The notes: generated by a model not told the origin, from the letters alone. DNA of 64,000 bases from Candidatus Bathyarchaeota archaeon (GCA_963720565.1 CAVRFW010000009.1:320001-384000); one strand, 5' to 3'. Counted from the first letter of the stretch, positions 1-11,918 are shown. Numbers and translations: made by a program.

Positions 1-247
1 AGGGTACTACGACATAAACGGCAAGAAGCTCTATGTCAACATGAACGGTGGCTTGAAGGCTGATGGCCACCCATACGGCGCTACTGGCGGCGCTCAAATC
101 TTCGAAATATTCAGACAACTAAGGGGCGAAGCGGGCGAAAGACAAGTAGATATTGGACAAAATCTTTCCGGGTTTGGTTGCGCCTTAGAATTTGAGGGTT
201 TTGGCACTAAGGCGTATCTCAGCGTTCTTGGGAGGGAACAACACTGA
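1..247 (+). CDS. Thiolase (acetyl-CoA acetyltransferase), C-terminal part, 5'-truncated by window
   Basis: [20 protein letters not shown]...[11 protein letters not shown] thiolase C-terminal motif; directly upstream of DUF35/HMG-CoA synthase. Confidence 0.9.
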   Translation, partial: GYYDINGKKLYVNMNGGLKADGHPYGATGGAQIFEIFRQLRGEAGERQVDIGQNLSGFGCALEFEGFGTKAYLSVLGREQH

Positions 248-1752
248 GCAGCGAACCCATAGAGAGACGAGTTTCTTATCTTGGAGATAGACTAAAGGCT
301 ACCCGATGCCAAATTTGCGGAAAAGAATACTTCGAGGTCAGAGACTACTGCGGAAACTGCGGAAGAAAAAGCATCGGAAAAATGGTAAGCGCAGATCTCT
401 TCTATGAAAAGGGGAAACTTGAGCTTTGCACTTTGGTCGACGAGCCTACAAACAAGTTTCTGAAGCTTGGGAACTATGTTTACGGCATCGTGTCTTTTCA
501 CAACGGGAAAATCCGCGTTGCAGGAAGAATAACCGACCTTATCCTGAAGGATGGAGAAAGAATTGATTTTTCCAACCTCGAAGGCAAAGAGGTAGTTCCT
601 AGATTCAGAAGACGATACTCAGTGGGGCCAAGCGAAGTCATCCCGACAATCTCTCTAGCATTCACTCCTGCTAATGAATATTATCCGCATCAAGAATACA
701 CTGTGGTTCAACCCAGCAAAGAATACGAAACCCCTGGCGTAGTAGGCTATAGCGTTTACACCTCACGTTTTAGAATAAAAGAAGATGCACTCGTGCGGTC
801 TGTTCCATACATCGATGAGGACGCAGTAACTGCTGCAGTTGAGGCCGGAAAGCTCGCGCTGATTCATTCTGGAGTTGACAGCTCGCTTGTCGGCAAAGTC
901 TACGTCGGCTCAGAATCAAACCCCTATGCGGTTAAACCAATTGCGTCGAAAGTTGCCCAGGTTCTTAAACTCGGCGAAGAGGACGGGGATATTCAAGGCG
1001 TTGATGCTGTTGACACCGAGTTCGCCTGCAAAGCTGCGTCGAGCATGTTCAAAGACGCCTGCTCCCTCGTTAACTATTCGAAATCGGGTATTAAGTACGC
1101 CATGGCAATCGGCGCTGACAATTCTCAAGCAGCACCCAGAGGCTGTCCAGGTGGAGAACTCGACGCATTCGTCGGATACGGTGGTTCCGCCTACATATTT
1201 GGAAAAAGCGACGTTATAGCCGAGATTGAGGGTTGGTACTCATGCACTTCGGACACGCCAGATTTCTGGCGCAGAGACGGAGAGCATTTCCCCATGCATG
1301 GTGGAAGATTCACAGGCGACCCTGCCTACTTCAAGCATGTCCGGAAAGCGACTGCAAAGCTTATGGAACATCTAAACCTGAAAACAGGTGACGTAGACTA
1401 CTTTGTAACTCATCAGCCAAACCCACAATTTCCAGTGCGAATCGCAAAAGAACTCGGCTTCAAGGAGGAACAATATTCTGTTTCTCTTCAAATAAGAAAA
1501 TTCGGCAACACTTACTCCGCTTGCTCATTAATAGGCTTAGCAGCGGTACTAGACGTTGCCAAACCCGAAGCCCGCATCCTGATGACTAGCTATGGCTCAG
1601 GCGCTGGAAGCGATGCCTATCTGCTTCGAACCACAACTCAGCTTGTCGACAAACGACGCCGACAAAAAATGAACGTCAAACATCAAGCCGAAAACCCATA
1701 CTTGGAATATGTTGACTACACAACTTACAGGCGACTAAAGCTCGGAATGTGA
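244..1752 (+). CDS. DUF35 (Zn-ribbon + OB-fold) fused to hydroxymethylglutaryl-CoA synthase
   Basis: Frame open from 244 (CTG; GGAGGG at 231-236) through CQIC..CGNC Zn ribbon and an OB-like region, then HMGCS motifs [39 protein letters not shown] track starts later, at ATG 382. Confidence 0.88.
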   Translation: MSSEPIERRVSYLGDRLKATRCQICGKEYFEVRDYCGNCGRKSIGKMVSADLFYEKGKLELCTLVDEPTNKFLKLGNYVYGIVSFHNGKIRVAGRITDLILKDGERIDFSNLEGKEVVPRFRRRYSVGPSEVIPTISLAFTPANEYYPHQEYTVVQPSKEYETPGVVGYSVYTSRFRIKEDALVRSVPYIDEDAVTAAVEAGKLALIHSGVDSSLVGKVYVGSESNPYAVKPIASKVAQVLKLGEEDGDIQGVDAVDTEFACKAASSMFKDACSLVNYSKSGIKYAMAIGADNSQAAPRGCPGGELDAFVGYGGSAYIFGKSDVIAEIEGWYSCTSDTPDFWRRDGEHFPMHGGRFTGDPAYFKHVRKATAKLMEHLNLKTGDVDYFVTHQPNPQFPVRIAKELGFKEEQYSVSLQIRKFGNTYSACSLIGLAAVLDVAKPEARILMTSYGSGAGSDAYLLRTTTQLVDKRRRQKMNVKHQAENPYLEYVDYTTYRRLKLGM

Positions 1753-1818
1753 CAAACACTATATTAATCTGTATTCTGAAAGCATATGATTTGAAGTGTT
1801 GAACGAGGTCAAAATCCA

Positions 1819-3039
1819 TTGTCTGTTGCTAGCGATATTCTAAAGGTCATATATGCGCCGCACAAAGCATTTAAAAAAATTCTGCAAAAACCCCGGTACA
1901 TAGGCGCAATAATCCTGCTCATCATTTTTGCAGTCGTGCAAGTTAGTTCTTCTTACGTGATTGCATCAAAATCCTATATTGAACAGACAATGCCATCAGG
2001 ATCTGAAGGAGACTTGTGGACTGAAAACGCTACCTTGTGGCAAACTAATCCAGGCGTGACCACCAGAAACAACACGCTTGACCACATTAACAGCACAACA
2101 CTGTACCTTGGAAGTCCCACCTACTTCGGCAGTTCCAGCGTTGAATTCACCGCTTCCAACACCAGCGTCGTTAGGATGGAACTGACTAGCATAAACACGG
2201 ATGAACAAGTGAATTCTGTAGCTGAAGGTTTTAAAAACATCAGTTTCAGATTGAAAATATTATCTCCCCAAGCAAAACCCGCTAATGTCTCTTTGTACTT
2301 AACCTCCTTGGGCGCTTCAAGCTTCTACAACGACTTAACGGCACAATTTCCCGCGAGTGCGGTTAATGTCTGGAACAACATCACGCTTCCCCTCGGTTCT
2401 ACCGCATGGTCTGTGCTCGGAAACGAAGCTTCATGGGAAAACATTACGGGCTTCAAAATGGAGTTCACATGGGAAAACGCTGTAAATGTTGACCTGCTAA
2501 TAGACGGCTTGTTCTTCAGGGGGGAGTACATGACTCCTCTTGAACTCTACGGGCAGGTCGGGTACCTAGCTCAGGCCGCGCTAAACAGTATTGCGCCCTT
2601 CGTTTTTGAATGGATTATCCTTACAGCAATGCTATACTTGGTTATCAAAGGATTGAAGGGGTATGCCACGTGGAAACTTCTGATGGTGGCTGTTGGTTTT
2701 GCACTCGTAGTCCTTGTTGTTCAAGCAATCTTGCTTCTCGTTGTTTATTCTGCGTTGCCTAATCTTTTCTATCCGCTTGAAGTCTTGGCGAGCGTGCCCG
2801 GCGAACAGGCAATGGCGCCCGCTGAAACTTTGGAAGCTATAGCTTCTGCAAATCTGACAGGCAGCATAATTCAGGTTGGAGTGTGGCTTTGGCTTGGTGG
2901 TCTATGCACTTTCATAACTCGCGAGGTGACAGGCATGGATACTGAGGTACCTTCCTTCGGATGGCTCAAGTGCATAGCTGTTTCAGGAACGAGTGTGCTT
3001 TTGACGCTCATAATCGTGGGTTTCTTGCTTGGAGTATAG
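1819..3039 (+). CDS. Yip1-like membrane protein with large inserted extracytoplasmic domain
   Basis: ILKVIYAPHKAFKKI Yip1-type start, one N-terminal and about four C-terminal TM segments, Asn/Ser/Thr-rich insert. Confidence 0.6.
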   Translation: MSVASDILKVIYAPHKAFKKILQKPRYIGAIILLIIFAVVQVSSSYVIASKSYIEQTMPSGSEGDLWTENATLWQTNPGVTTRNNTLDHINSTTLYLGSPTYFGSSSVEFTASNTSVVRMELTSINTDEQVNSVAEGFKNISFRLKILSPQAKPANVSLYLTSLGASSFYNDLTAQFPASAVNVWNNITLPLGSTAWSVLGNEASWENITGFKMEFTWENAVNVDLLIDGLFFRGEYMTPLELYGQVGYLAQAALNSIAPFVFEWIILTAMLYLVIKGLKGYATWKLLMVAVGFALVVLVVQAILLLVVYSALPNLFYPLEVLASVPGEQAMAPAETLEAIASANLTGSIIQVGVWLWLGGLCTFITREVTGMDTEVPSFGWLKCIAVSGTSVLLTLIIVGFLLGV

Positions 3040-3149
3040 ACCTTCGGAAACCTTCTACAGCGTCAGATATGGTCTTGGCTTAGGGTTAGCAAGATTTATA
3101 CGCTATTAAACTATCACTTTATAAGCCTGAATTTACTATCTATCCAGCC

Positions 3150-4459
3150 GTGAACTCCCCAATGCTGAGCCAGAAAATGTTGAAAGGCGACAAAACCGCT
3201 GAAAAATGGTTATCCGACTTCCCCAAAGACACAACCAAAAGAACCTACCTAAACGCCCTCAACAACTTCAAGAAAATACTGGGAATAGCCGATCTAGGCG
3301 AATACCTCAAAAGCAACCCCGACGCAACAGCCGACTTTAAACGGTTCCTCACAGCATATAACGGCAAGCCAAGCAAAACCGTCGCCACATACTCAGGAGC
3401 CATAAAGATGTTTTTTGAAGACCACAACCTCAAAATTGAACGCGCCGACTGGCGCAAAATGAGGCGACGCGGTTTCATGCCTAAACGCATACGGGCGGAG
3501 ACAAAAGACAGAAGTCCCGACACCCCAAGAGTTAAGGAATATTCTGAAACACGCAGACATCAAATGTCGAGCTATGGTTCTGTTCTTATCAGCAGCGGCG
3601 GAAGAATCGGGAGAGCTTTGCAGTTGAAGGATGAAGACCTCAAGCTTGACGCTGACCCGCCGGAGGTGAATATTCGCAGAGAGTACACTAAAGGTGGGGT
3701 GGGCGGCAGAATCGCTTATTTCAGCTACGAAGCCCGAGACGAGATCAAAGAATGGCTGAAAGTGAGAGACACGACAACCAAACACGACGGAACAGGAACT
3801 TACAAAAGCGACAGAGTTTTTCCCTGAGGATTTTGGAACAGCCCGTTTCATGTTTAACAACGCGGTTAGGAAGGCAAAGCTGGAAAGCCGAGACACCGGA
3901 ACAAACCGCCTAGTTCCTGCACTTGCACAGCCTACGCAAATTCTTCAGAAGCAACATTGGCTTAGACATTGACGTAACACACGCCCTAATGGGACACACT
4001 GAGTATTTGGATGAGGCTTACCTGCGTCTTGAGCAAGACGGTGAAATAGCGAAGGCATACAAAGAAGGCATGGGCAACGTGTCAATTTTCGACAAAGAAG
4101 AACTTGCCCTCAGACAGAGAACTAACGGTCTTGAAGCTGAGAACAGAGAGTTGAAAGAGCGAATAACAAAGATGGAAAGCGAAAAAGATGATTTGCAGAA
4201 TCGCGTGTCAACAACCGAGAACAAATTGTCAGACTTGGAAAGCACCCGCGCTACCATAACGCAGGCCTTTACGGAAAAGAACGCGCAAATCATTGAGGAT
4301 CTTGGGCTACATCGAAGAAGCAGCTTGCGGAGCTGCAGACCGCCTTGGCCATAATTCGAGACGTTGTTCCTTCTGATTTGCTGGTTAGGCTTCAGCTTAA
4401 AAAGCTTCACAGGGAACAGAAAGAAATTCCCGGGGAGCAACGAAGCAAAGAACCAATGA
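3150..4459 (+). CDS. Tyrosine recombinase/integrase with C-terminal coiled coil (several frameshifts; end approximate)
   Basis: Catalytic motifs across frames: SGGRIG (R), EYTKG (K), HSLRKFF (HxxR), LMGH (H), LDEAY (Y); SAM-like N-terminus TKRTYLNAL..F. Confidence 0.88.
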
Positions 4460-5080
4460 AACTTCGCGCAGCGAACTGAGAGACACTGATTTCGCGTACG
4501 CTTCAGCGTGGTGGGCTATCCTTTTTCACACACGTTTTTTCCCATGGTTAAATGGTGTTTTCCATAAGTTTCGGCCCGTCTTTTCCCGCAAGGATGCACA
4601 GGTATACGAAGGATGGGAGAGGATGGGATGAGGATGCGAAGGATGAGATAAGGACGGGATGGGATGCTACCGCAAAATGAAGCTCTCCGCTTCTTCCTAT
4701 GGTAATTACCGTCGTTTCACATTGTCCTCCTTTATTTTGCTCCTTAGCGAGCGTAAGGAGGAAGCAAGGAGGAACCTCTAGCGTCCATCCTGTACGCGTC
4801 GCATTAACGGTAAGTGCATGCGTTCCGGATCTCCGGCGGCAACCCTCTCTTTCAGTCTGATGGTTCTGACCCATTTGGGTCTAGTCCCTTTCGACCTCGG
4901 ATTTAAATCAAAAAGGGGAAATAAAACAGTACATTGTCGCATACCTATTGAGCGGTTCCTTTCGGCAGCGGCACTTAACCAGGCGTGGAATCACTGGTTC
5001 TGTTGGTTAGGAAAGGAAAAAAGGGAATTGTGGGAGACATCTCCATTTGTTCCAGTTCACATAATCACAGGACGCTTGGT

Positions 5081-5412
5081 TCATGTCTTTCTTTTACGAC
5101 TCGGGCTCCTCAGCGATTCCGCCCATCTCGTGTCTTCTTGAGTTGGTTCCCCCCAGAACCTTTCCAGTTCCTTCTGCGACATGCTCTTCGGAGGGTAATT
5201 TGCGTTGAAGAATCTGCCCTTTCTAGTCACAGGTTTCCAATCGTGCCCTTCCGTGATTGCCAGAATGCCCTTGTAGTCTGAAACTTTGGAGAACGGGTTT
5301 TTGGCTTTAGGGTTCTTCAATTTCGGAATTTCTCTTTTCTTCTGAGACGACTCAAATAGTACTCGATGTCGAGAAGTTTCTTGAACATGTCCTTAAAATC
5401 GGGTTTAGACAT
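5081..5412 (-). CDS. Small hypothetical protein (frameshifted)
   Basis: ATG at 5412 (MSKPDFKDMFKKLLDIEYY) joining the 5081-5320 ORF after a frame change; no recognisable family. Confidence 0.35.
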
Positions 5413-5599
5413 TTGTAGTAAGTCTTTATCGTTTGTTCAACCTTAGGCTTTTTGAATTGCTAATCAGCGCGTTTTAGAAGCTCCATTCATTTGGTAGATG
5501 TTTTTCGGAATCTGAATGGTTTTTTGGGTTTATTTGTGTTGCAATAAGTGTTTTTAAGTAGCTAATTGACTGTGTTAGTGTTGGTGGTTTTATGGCAAT

Positions 5600-5798
5600 G
5601 CCCACGGTTGGAAGGTACAAATCATTCCAATAGAATCAGTAAGATTCCATTTTCAACGGAAAGACTTCCAACGATGGATAAAAGACATCTTTGGAGATAC
5701 AGAACTTGCCGTACAAATGAACAGGATAGAACCAGGGATTATCCGCTGAAGACTTGAGAAAAGAAATTCTCAGTATTGTAAACGCACTTGCAGTTTGA
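5600..5798 (+). pseudogene. DUF5752-like domain remnant
   Basis: Across frames: IPIESVRFHFQRKDFQRWIKDIFGDTELAVQMNRI..DLRKEILSIV, matching the FH...DF..W....GD.ELA pattern; 5' part missing. Confidence 0.6.
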
Positions 5799-6026
5799 TT
5801 GAGGAGACAGAGCGCACCCAAAAAAAGGGGATTGTGCGGGAGACATCTCAATTTTCAAATGGTTCGAATTCAACGTGTGCCAACCGAGAGCCAACCTTCA
5901 CAACAACTGAGGACTTACCGGTACATGCAACGCAACTACAAAGAAAATAATGGGCATGCGCTGGAAAAAGCCTAAATTCTAGTTCAACGAGGATATTTGA
6001 AAGAAATTGTTAAGGTTGACTTTTCA

Positions 6027-6483
6027 ATGAGTTCCTTGCTGGTAATGGTTTCTTACCATCACAATAACACCGAGAAAATCGCCGAAGTCTTCGCAAGAGT
6101 TCTGGATGCAAAGATAAAAACTCCAACAGAAACAACTGCTGACGAACTTCAACAGCGTGAACTCTTAGGCTTTGGCTCAGGCATATACTTTGGAAAACAC
6201 CACAAAGACCTACTCAAATTTGCCGACAGAATTTCCAAAGTCGACAACAGGAAAGCATTTATCTTCTCGACCAGCGGAGACGGAAGAGGCATTAGGTCGC
6301 ACACCCGCCTTAGGAGAAAACTGGAATCGAAAGGTTACAAAGTTGTAGATGAATTCAGTTGCGCAGGGTTCGATACTTTTGGCTTGATGAAATTCTAGTG
6401 GGGGGTATAAAGAAGGGTAGACCTGCGCTGCGGACCTCGAACAAGCTGAAGAGTTCGCTAAAAAACTGCGTGTTCAATCTTGA
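6027..6483 (+). CDS. Flavodoxin family protein (one frameshift near 6395)
   Basis: SYHHNNTEKIA, GFGSGIYFG, FSTSG, FSCAGFDT; continues GGIKKGRP..DLEQAEEFAKKL in another frame. Confidence 0.85.
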
Positions 6484-6632
6484 GTTAGCGCACTAGATTA
6501 ACAGACCGCCTAGTTGAAAGTAATGTTAGTCTATAAGTATCTGAAAAAAGAACATCTCCTCGAGTTCAAAGAGAAAGGCGCAATATTTGTCAACACGTTA
6601 TATAATCTTAGGTTTGCAGATGAATTCACCGA

Positions 6633-7018
6633 ACTAGATGTCAGCGAGATCTGGTAGAGCTGGTCGTGGTCAATCTCGGTCAGCGCTCGTGTATGCCACC
6701 ATCACTTGGCTGTCGAAAACGAGTCAGCTAGGGTCCTCGCATCCGATAGTCTTCCTAAAATCGTGCTTTATTGTTGAGTTTGAAAACAGGAGTTCGGCAG
6801 ACCGCTCATCAATAACGGTACCTATGTCGACGAGTTGTAGCATGCCCGAAGTCGGGATATTCCGCTGTTTTCCATCGCTCGGTACAGCAGGTGAAACTGT
6901 TTTGCCCACCTGACAGCGGCAGGTCGCAAGACTCTTCTGTCGACTCCCACGGGTTTAGTGGATCATCGGCTGAAGGATTGGGTTGTCTTGGAACCGTCTT
7001 ATTTTTCCGTGTCCTAGG
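6633..7018 (-). pseudogene. GH130/PH1107-like glycosidase-phosphorylase, N-terminal fragment
   Basis: Across frames: RRFQDNPILQP, NPWES, FHLLYRAMENSGISRL, GCEDP, LYQISLT; C-terminal two thirds absent. Confidence 0.65.
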
Positions 7019-7432
7019 AGTTAGTCGAGTGGCGAGCCCGAAAGAGTTGATCATCGAGTCTTCTGACGAGCAAGCAATTCCGACCAGTCCCCTTTTTGCC
7101 ATTCACCCTACAGGCAGGTGTCTTAGTCCCGATGCGAGACGATGATTCCGCCTCGCTTCGTCGAAGCGACGCCGCTTCTCCAATCGTGGCGACGTTTTTG
7201 GTCATCACCTGGTCAATTAGGCGTGTCCAGCGGAGACGTCGTTGGCTAACTATTCTTATGGCATCTCGCTCGGTGAAGATCCACCACACACTTCTTGGTG
7301 CTCTGTCCGTTACTGATACAGTTGAGCGCACGTGTTTTTCTTGCAGTATTTTGATGGCGTCTCTGCGACCGTGATGTTGGGCTTTGATGTTACCACCACT
7401 CTTCTCATTATTATGTGCTTTACCATTAGCAC
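7014..7432 (-). CDS. Small CBS-domain protein (frameshifted)
   Basis: MVKHIIMRRVVVTSKPNITV, IFTERDAIRIV, DQVMTKNVATI. Confidence 0.7.
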
Positions 7433-7512
7433 GTCTGTTTCGCCTCTGATGTTTAGTCTTGTTTTTCTTGGATTTATAAGGCGAACGACTGTTTAAAGAT
7501 TCACAATAGGCA

Positions 7513-8619
7513 CTAGAGCAGAGAGACTTCCGAGCTACGAATCAAGAACGGTTCGATTGCTGTGGCGTGCGAGTGGCAATTGGCAGTTTGATTGACGTGC
7601 AGAGAGGTAGCAGACAGTTGCTTCGGCTCCCATGGTTGAGGTTGAGTCCCTTCCTCGGTTATTCCATCGTAGCAGCCGCCTGTTGTCGCGTTGTAAACGG
7701 AGGCGCTTTTGGTGTGTTTATCCCCAGAAACCAGTTGAAGATGGTCCTGCGCGATTGTTTTGTAGTGAAGGTTGTTGTTTGCGCGGCAAGCTGACAGCGC
7801 TAGCTTCCGTCATAGAAAGCTGCTTCCGCCGATTGCTGATCGTACATCGACCGTGGTTCTCCTTTTAGCAGTACCAGCTCTCGTTTCCGATAGGCACGAA
7901 TGACTCGTCTCAGCAATCTGGACTTGTAAGGAGGAACTGCAGCGTTTCCTCCGCGGCGTGAATGCATTTTGTCTGTTTTGTTTCTCGGTAAGCCTCAAAG
8001 AGAGCTTGCGGAAGCCTGCCGTTCTCGTACGTGAGGTAAGGCTCAAACCAGCGCCAGCCGCGGGAACGCGACGTCCCGGCAGTATTTGAGCAAGTCTGTC
8101 TGAAAGTGCTTTTATGTTCTCAGTCAGGTTGCGGTCTCGGTGTAGGCCCTGCGGTAATGCCTGAGGCCAAAGTATTGCGAAAGGCTCGCGCTCGTCGGAG
8201 ATTTGAAGAAACATGCCCAGCGAAAGGCTTTGTCGAAGATTTCTTTTGCCAAGTCGTTTCTTTTCAGCTCGGGCAGTCCGCTGTTTATGACGTATCCACA
8301 AGCCCAAAAGGGTGCGAGCTGCACAGTCTTCGGAGGCTTCCTCGTCAAGGAAGTTTCGGTCGTAGCTTAGGAAGTTGTGCATCTTGCCGTCTGCTCTCTG
8401 CATGTGCAAGAGGAAGCTTAGGTACGTGTCTATCAACGTGTCAGATTGATGAGTTGCTCTGATTTGGCTGTGCTTGGCGACAGCTATGAGGGCGCGCGCG
8501 TTGTCGTCGGTTGTGTATCCTTCAAGCCGGTTTGGCGTTCCGAATTTTGTGTGCTGAAAGACACCGGTGTCATCTGTGATTGCTTCGAGGAAGTCTAGCT
8601 TGATAGGTGGGAGTTTCAT
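7513..8619 (-). CDS. Six-hairpin glycosidase-like protein associated with GT4 (heavily frameshifted; 3' end approximate)
   Basis: [33 protein letters not shown]-terminal GCYDG..LNLNHGAEA. Confidence 0.75.
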
Positions 8620-8634
8620 GATATAGGGGCCCTC

Positions 8635-9813
8635 TTAAGCGTGGATAGCTTGCTTGAATATGTTGTGTATTTTTTTGCGACTTTTGGCCACGTGAAGCTT
8701 CGATCCCCGGTACCTGTAACTTTCTTCTCCATGTCTCTTCTCAGTTCTTTGTTTTCCAAGAGTCTTCCTCACTTCTATGGTGATTGAGTCCGGGTTCCTG
8801 AACTCGCAGAGCAAGCCTCGCCCGTGAGACAGCACCTCTTTAGCGTGAAGGTAAGGAGTTGACACGACCGCTCTGCCAGCCCTGAAAGCGTAGACCAGAG
8901 TGCCGCTGCTGATTTGGTTTGCGCCGAGGTAGGGGCGTGAGGTAGACGTCGGTAGCTTGGAGATATTTTATCAATTCCCTTTTTGCGAGGAAGCGGTTGT
9001 GAAATCTTACGTGGTTCTTTAGCCCCAGTTGGTCGACCAGTTTGACGAGGTTGACGCGGTAGGTTTCGCCTTCGATTTTTCTGACCTCAGGGTGTGTTTC
9101 GCTGATCACGAGGTAGAGTATGTTTGGGTACTTCTCTACCATCGGCGGGAGCGCGTGGAGAACGTCCTGATGCCTTGCCCGCGTTCATCAGGCCAAACGT
9201 AGACAAGACGATTCTTCCTTTCAGGAACCCAGCGAGGGCTTTACGCTGTCACTGGTCACAAACGGAATGTCTGGGCAGCCGTGTTGGACTACGTTGATCT
9301 TGTCGTTTGAGCCGTCGCATTCGGCTTGAGCCTGTTCCCGCCGCTTTTGCCATGACTACGATCGCGTCTGGCTTCGAGCGAGGATTTCTTCAGAGTACGT
9401 TTGGCCTTTGATTCGAAGTCGGGTTGCACCGTGTGGAGTGTAGTGATGACCGGTTTTTGCACGTTTTGCAGGAAGGAGAGGACGTACTTTCCCGATTCGC
9501 CTCCGTATATTCCAAATTCGTGTTGAAGATTAACTGCGTTGATTCGTGATGAGTTGATGTAAGTGGCAGCTTGAATGTAATCTTCTTCGAAATCCTGTCT
9601 TATCTGTTGTTTGACCCTGCTGTCGTAATCGTAGATCGTGTCTATTTCATTCACGGCTATGACTCGGGCTGGTGCGAATTCATCGAGGAGATCCACAGAG
9701 TCGACTAGGTCTTTGGTGAAAGTGGCTATTCCGCACTCTCTTGGAACGTATGTCCCTAGAATAAAGGCAATGTATTTTTTGTTTGATTCTGGAATTCCGG
9801 GTTTTGCGAACAA
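8635..9813 (-). CDS. GT4 family glycosyltransferase (frameshifted)
   Basis: GTYVPRECGIATFT, LQHEFGIYGG, TTLHTV, ETHPEV, ATDVYLTP, STPYLHAKEVL. Confidence 0.85.
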
Positions 9814-10026
9814 TTTCTCACATTACCTTGGCTGGATTTGGCGTTAGTACAAGAAATCGGTTGAATTTCTGCTTGAAAACGCCTTTGTTTATTAATAATT
9901 GTTCGCCACTAAAAAATCTGGTGCTTGTTGCTGTTGTTCTATTATTTGACAAGTGAATAGCACGTTATCAAATTAGCGCGCGTTGGTAGACACAGCAGAT
10001 TCTGTTGGGTTTGAACCAGTAGGTTA

Positions 10027-10209
10027 CTACTCGTGTCCTCTTGTTTCATGGTGCATTGTATCTCGGTGTCTCTCCATCTCCGAGTTGGTTTTGAAGGTTT
10101 TGCCGCAGACTGGACAAGGAATCTGGCTTGGTTCTACTCCCCTCACTGGTATCTCTTGAGACGACGGCGCCCCCAACGTGTGAGGCTGATGAGGTTTCTT
10201 GTCACTCAT
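10027..10209 (-). CDS. Small C2H2 zinc-finger protein
   Basis: CPVCGKTFKTNSEMERHRDTMH. Confidence 0.8.
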   Translation of the reverse strand: MSDKKPHQPHTLGAPSSQEIPVRGVEPSQIPCPVCGKTFKTNSEMERHRDTMHHETRGHE

Positions 10210-10619
10210 AACTTACACCTAAACACTCTACTAGCTGGTTCAAGCTTTCTTAAATATATGTGACTGTAGCGAGACAATGACAAAGTCACCTTTGTTTCAA
10301 GACTCGAGTGGCACGCGTGTGTGTTCCTAAATTCGCTTTAGAGTGAGTCTGATACCTCTCCATGGGATGAGCGAGCGCAGGAGAAGAACAACAACACCCA
10401 TTTTTTTCCGAAACACACAACCGTTTTTCTTTCACACATTCTTCCGAGTTATTTTAGCGCGCGCTCGGGTTTGCCCTCTTTAAACGCGGCTAATATGCAT
10501 CTTTCAGAGAAGCCCATTTCAAGCTCTAAATACCAAAATCTGACTTATCACCATTTTTAACCAATTTCGGGACAGGGCAGCGCGCGCTTATTATTTACGT
10601 AATGAGACCTAAGCTATAA

Positions 10620-11781
10620 TTACGTCAACGGAAATCTTCGCCTTAAATAGTCCTTTGCGAATTCGCGGTCATGTGATAATTCTTTGCTTTTCACAATTTG
10701 GCCCTCAAGCCTATCCAAAGCTACCCTAAACGTCTGTTCCACACCGAATCCCTCACCTGAACTGAAAAACGAGCCCTTCCTCGTTCTGAATTGCAGTCGA
10801 CAGTGAATCAACTGATCACCCTTGAAGGGGGTGCCATGCGTCTTGAAGTAGACAAATAGCGTGCCCGATTCCAATTTTTCTCCGTATCTGTGGGTGAAAG
10901 ATTCGAAGTCACCCATAATGAAGCCTCGTTGGGATTCATCAATCTCCACGTCTTTAACAGAAAACTGCACAGTAAGCCTTTGCACTGGCTGCTCCATCTG
11001 AGCTAAAGGTTCAAGAAAATCCCGTTTAGTTATGATGCCGACAGGTCTTCCTTTGCTGACGATTACCAAAGAGGAAATGTTGAATTTGTGCATTTGCTCT
11101 TCAGCATCTCGCAATTTGGTTTCAGGCAAGACAGTGACCACGGGTTTCACCATTATACCCTTCGCCGGAATACTCAGAACAGGAACTTTCTCGCCTACTC
11201 TTTCGCCAACCCTTTGCACCTGTCTAGGCTGAAAGACAATCTCAATAATATCGGAAATACTTACGATTCCCACGAGTTTTCCTTCTCTGACTATCGGCAG
11301 GTGAGAGATTCCCTCGCGTCTGAAAAGGCTTAGCACCGCCCCTAGCGATTCGTCTTCTTCGATGATGAACGGCTTCTTGGTCATTATCTCTTCAACACGG
11401 GTATTGCCCCATTGCTCATTTACGGCTCCATGGATAACGTCCTCATCGGTAATGAACCCCAAGAGTTTCTCTCCGCTGTAGACTGGGAGTTGCCTAGTTT
11501 CGCTCTCAATCATCAACTTAGCGACCTTGCTGAGAGAATCCTGCAGGGTAACAGCAGGGGCTGGGCGCATCAAAGTCTTGACTTTGGTTCCTGAAGCATC
11601 AAGACTAGACCGTATTATCGATTTGCGAGAAATGACCCCTTTGTACCTGCCTTCATTATCCAATACCGCTAAAACAGGCGGCGTCTCTTTCTTGAAAAAG
11701 TGATAGACAAGAAGAAAGTGTATCGTTCTCATGAACTTCTAAAAAGCCTTTTGAAAAAACATCTTCCACAACCTTAACCAT
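10620..11781 (-). CDS. Four-CBS-domain protein with C-terminal HPF/RaiA-like domain (Hib-type ribosome hibernation factor); one frameshift near 11697
   Basis: Real start MVKVVEDVFSKGFLEVHENDTLSSCLSL at 11781 joins the 10620-11732 ORF; four CBS repeats; C-terminal VQFSVKDVEIDE...CRLQFRT..FFSSGEGFGVEQTFRVALDRLEGQIVKSK. Confidence 0.8.
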
Positions 11782-11918
11782 AGAAACCACTTCAGCAGTA
11801 TCAGTCTCATGGCGTAATTTAAGCATTGAAAGGATAAAGTTGCAGCCTTTTTTCGGAAAATAGGCAACAGTAACGCATGAATTAGCAAAGGGGGGAAGTC
11901 ATAATAAGCGCGCGCCAA

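Noticed and set aside
4590..4670. GGATG-rich repeats
   Set aside because: Irregular spacing; explicable as ATC/CTC/TCC codons of a hydrophobic minus-strand ORF in an error-rich stretch.
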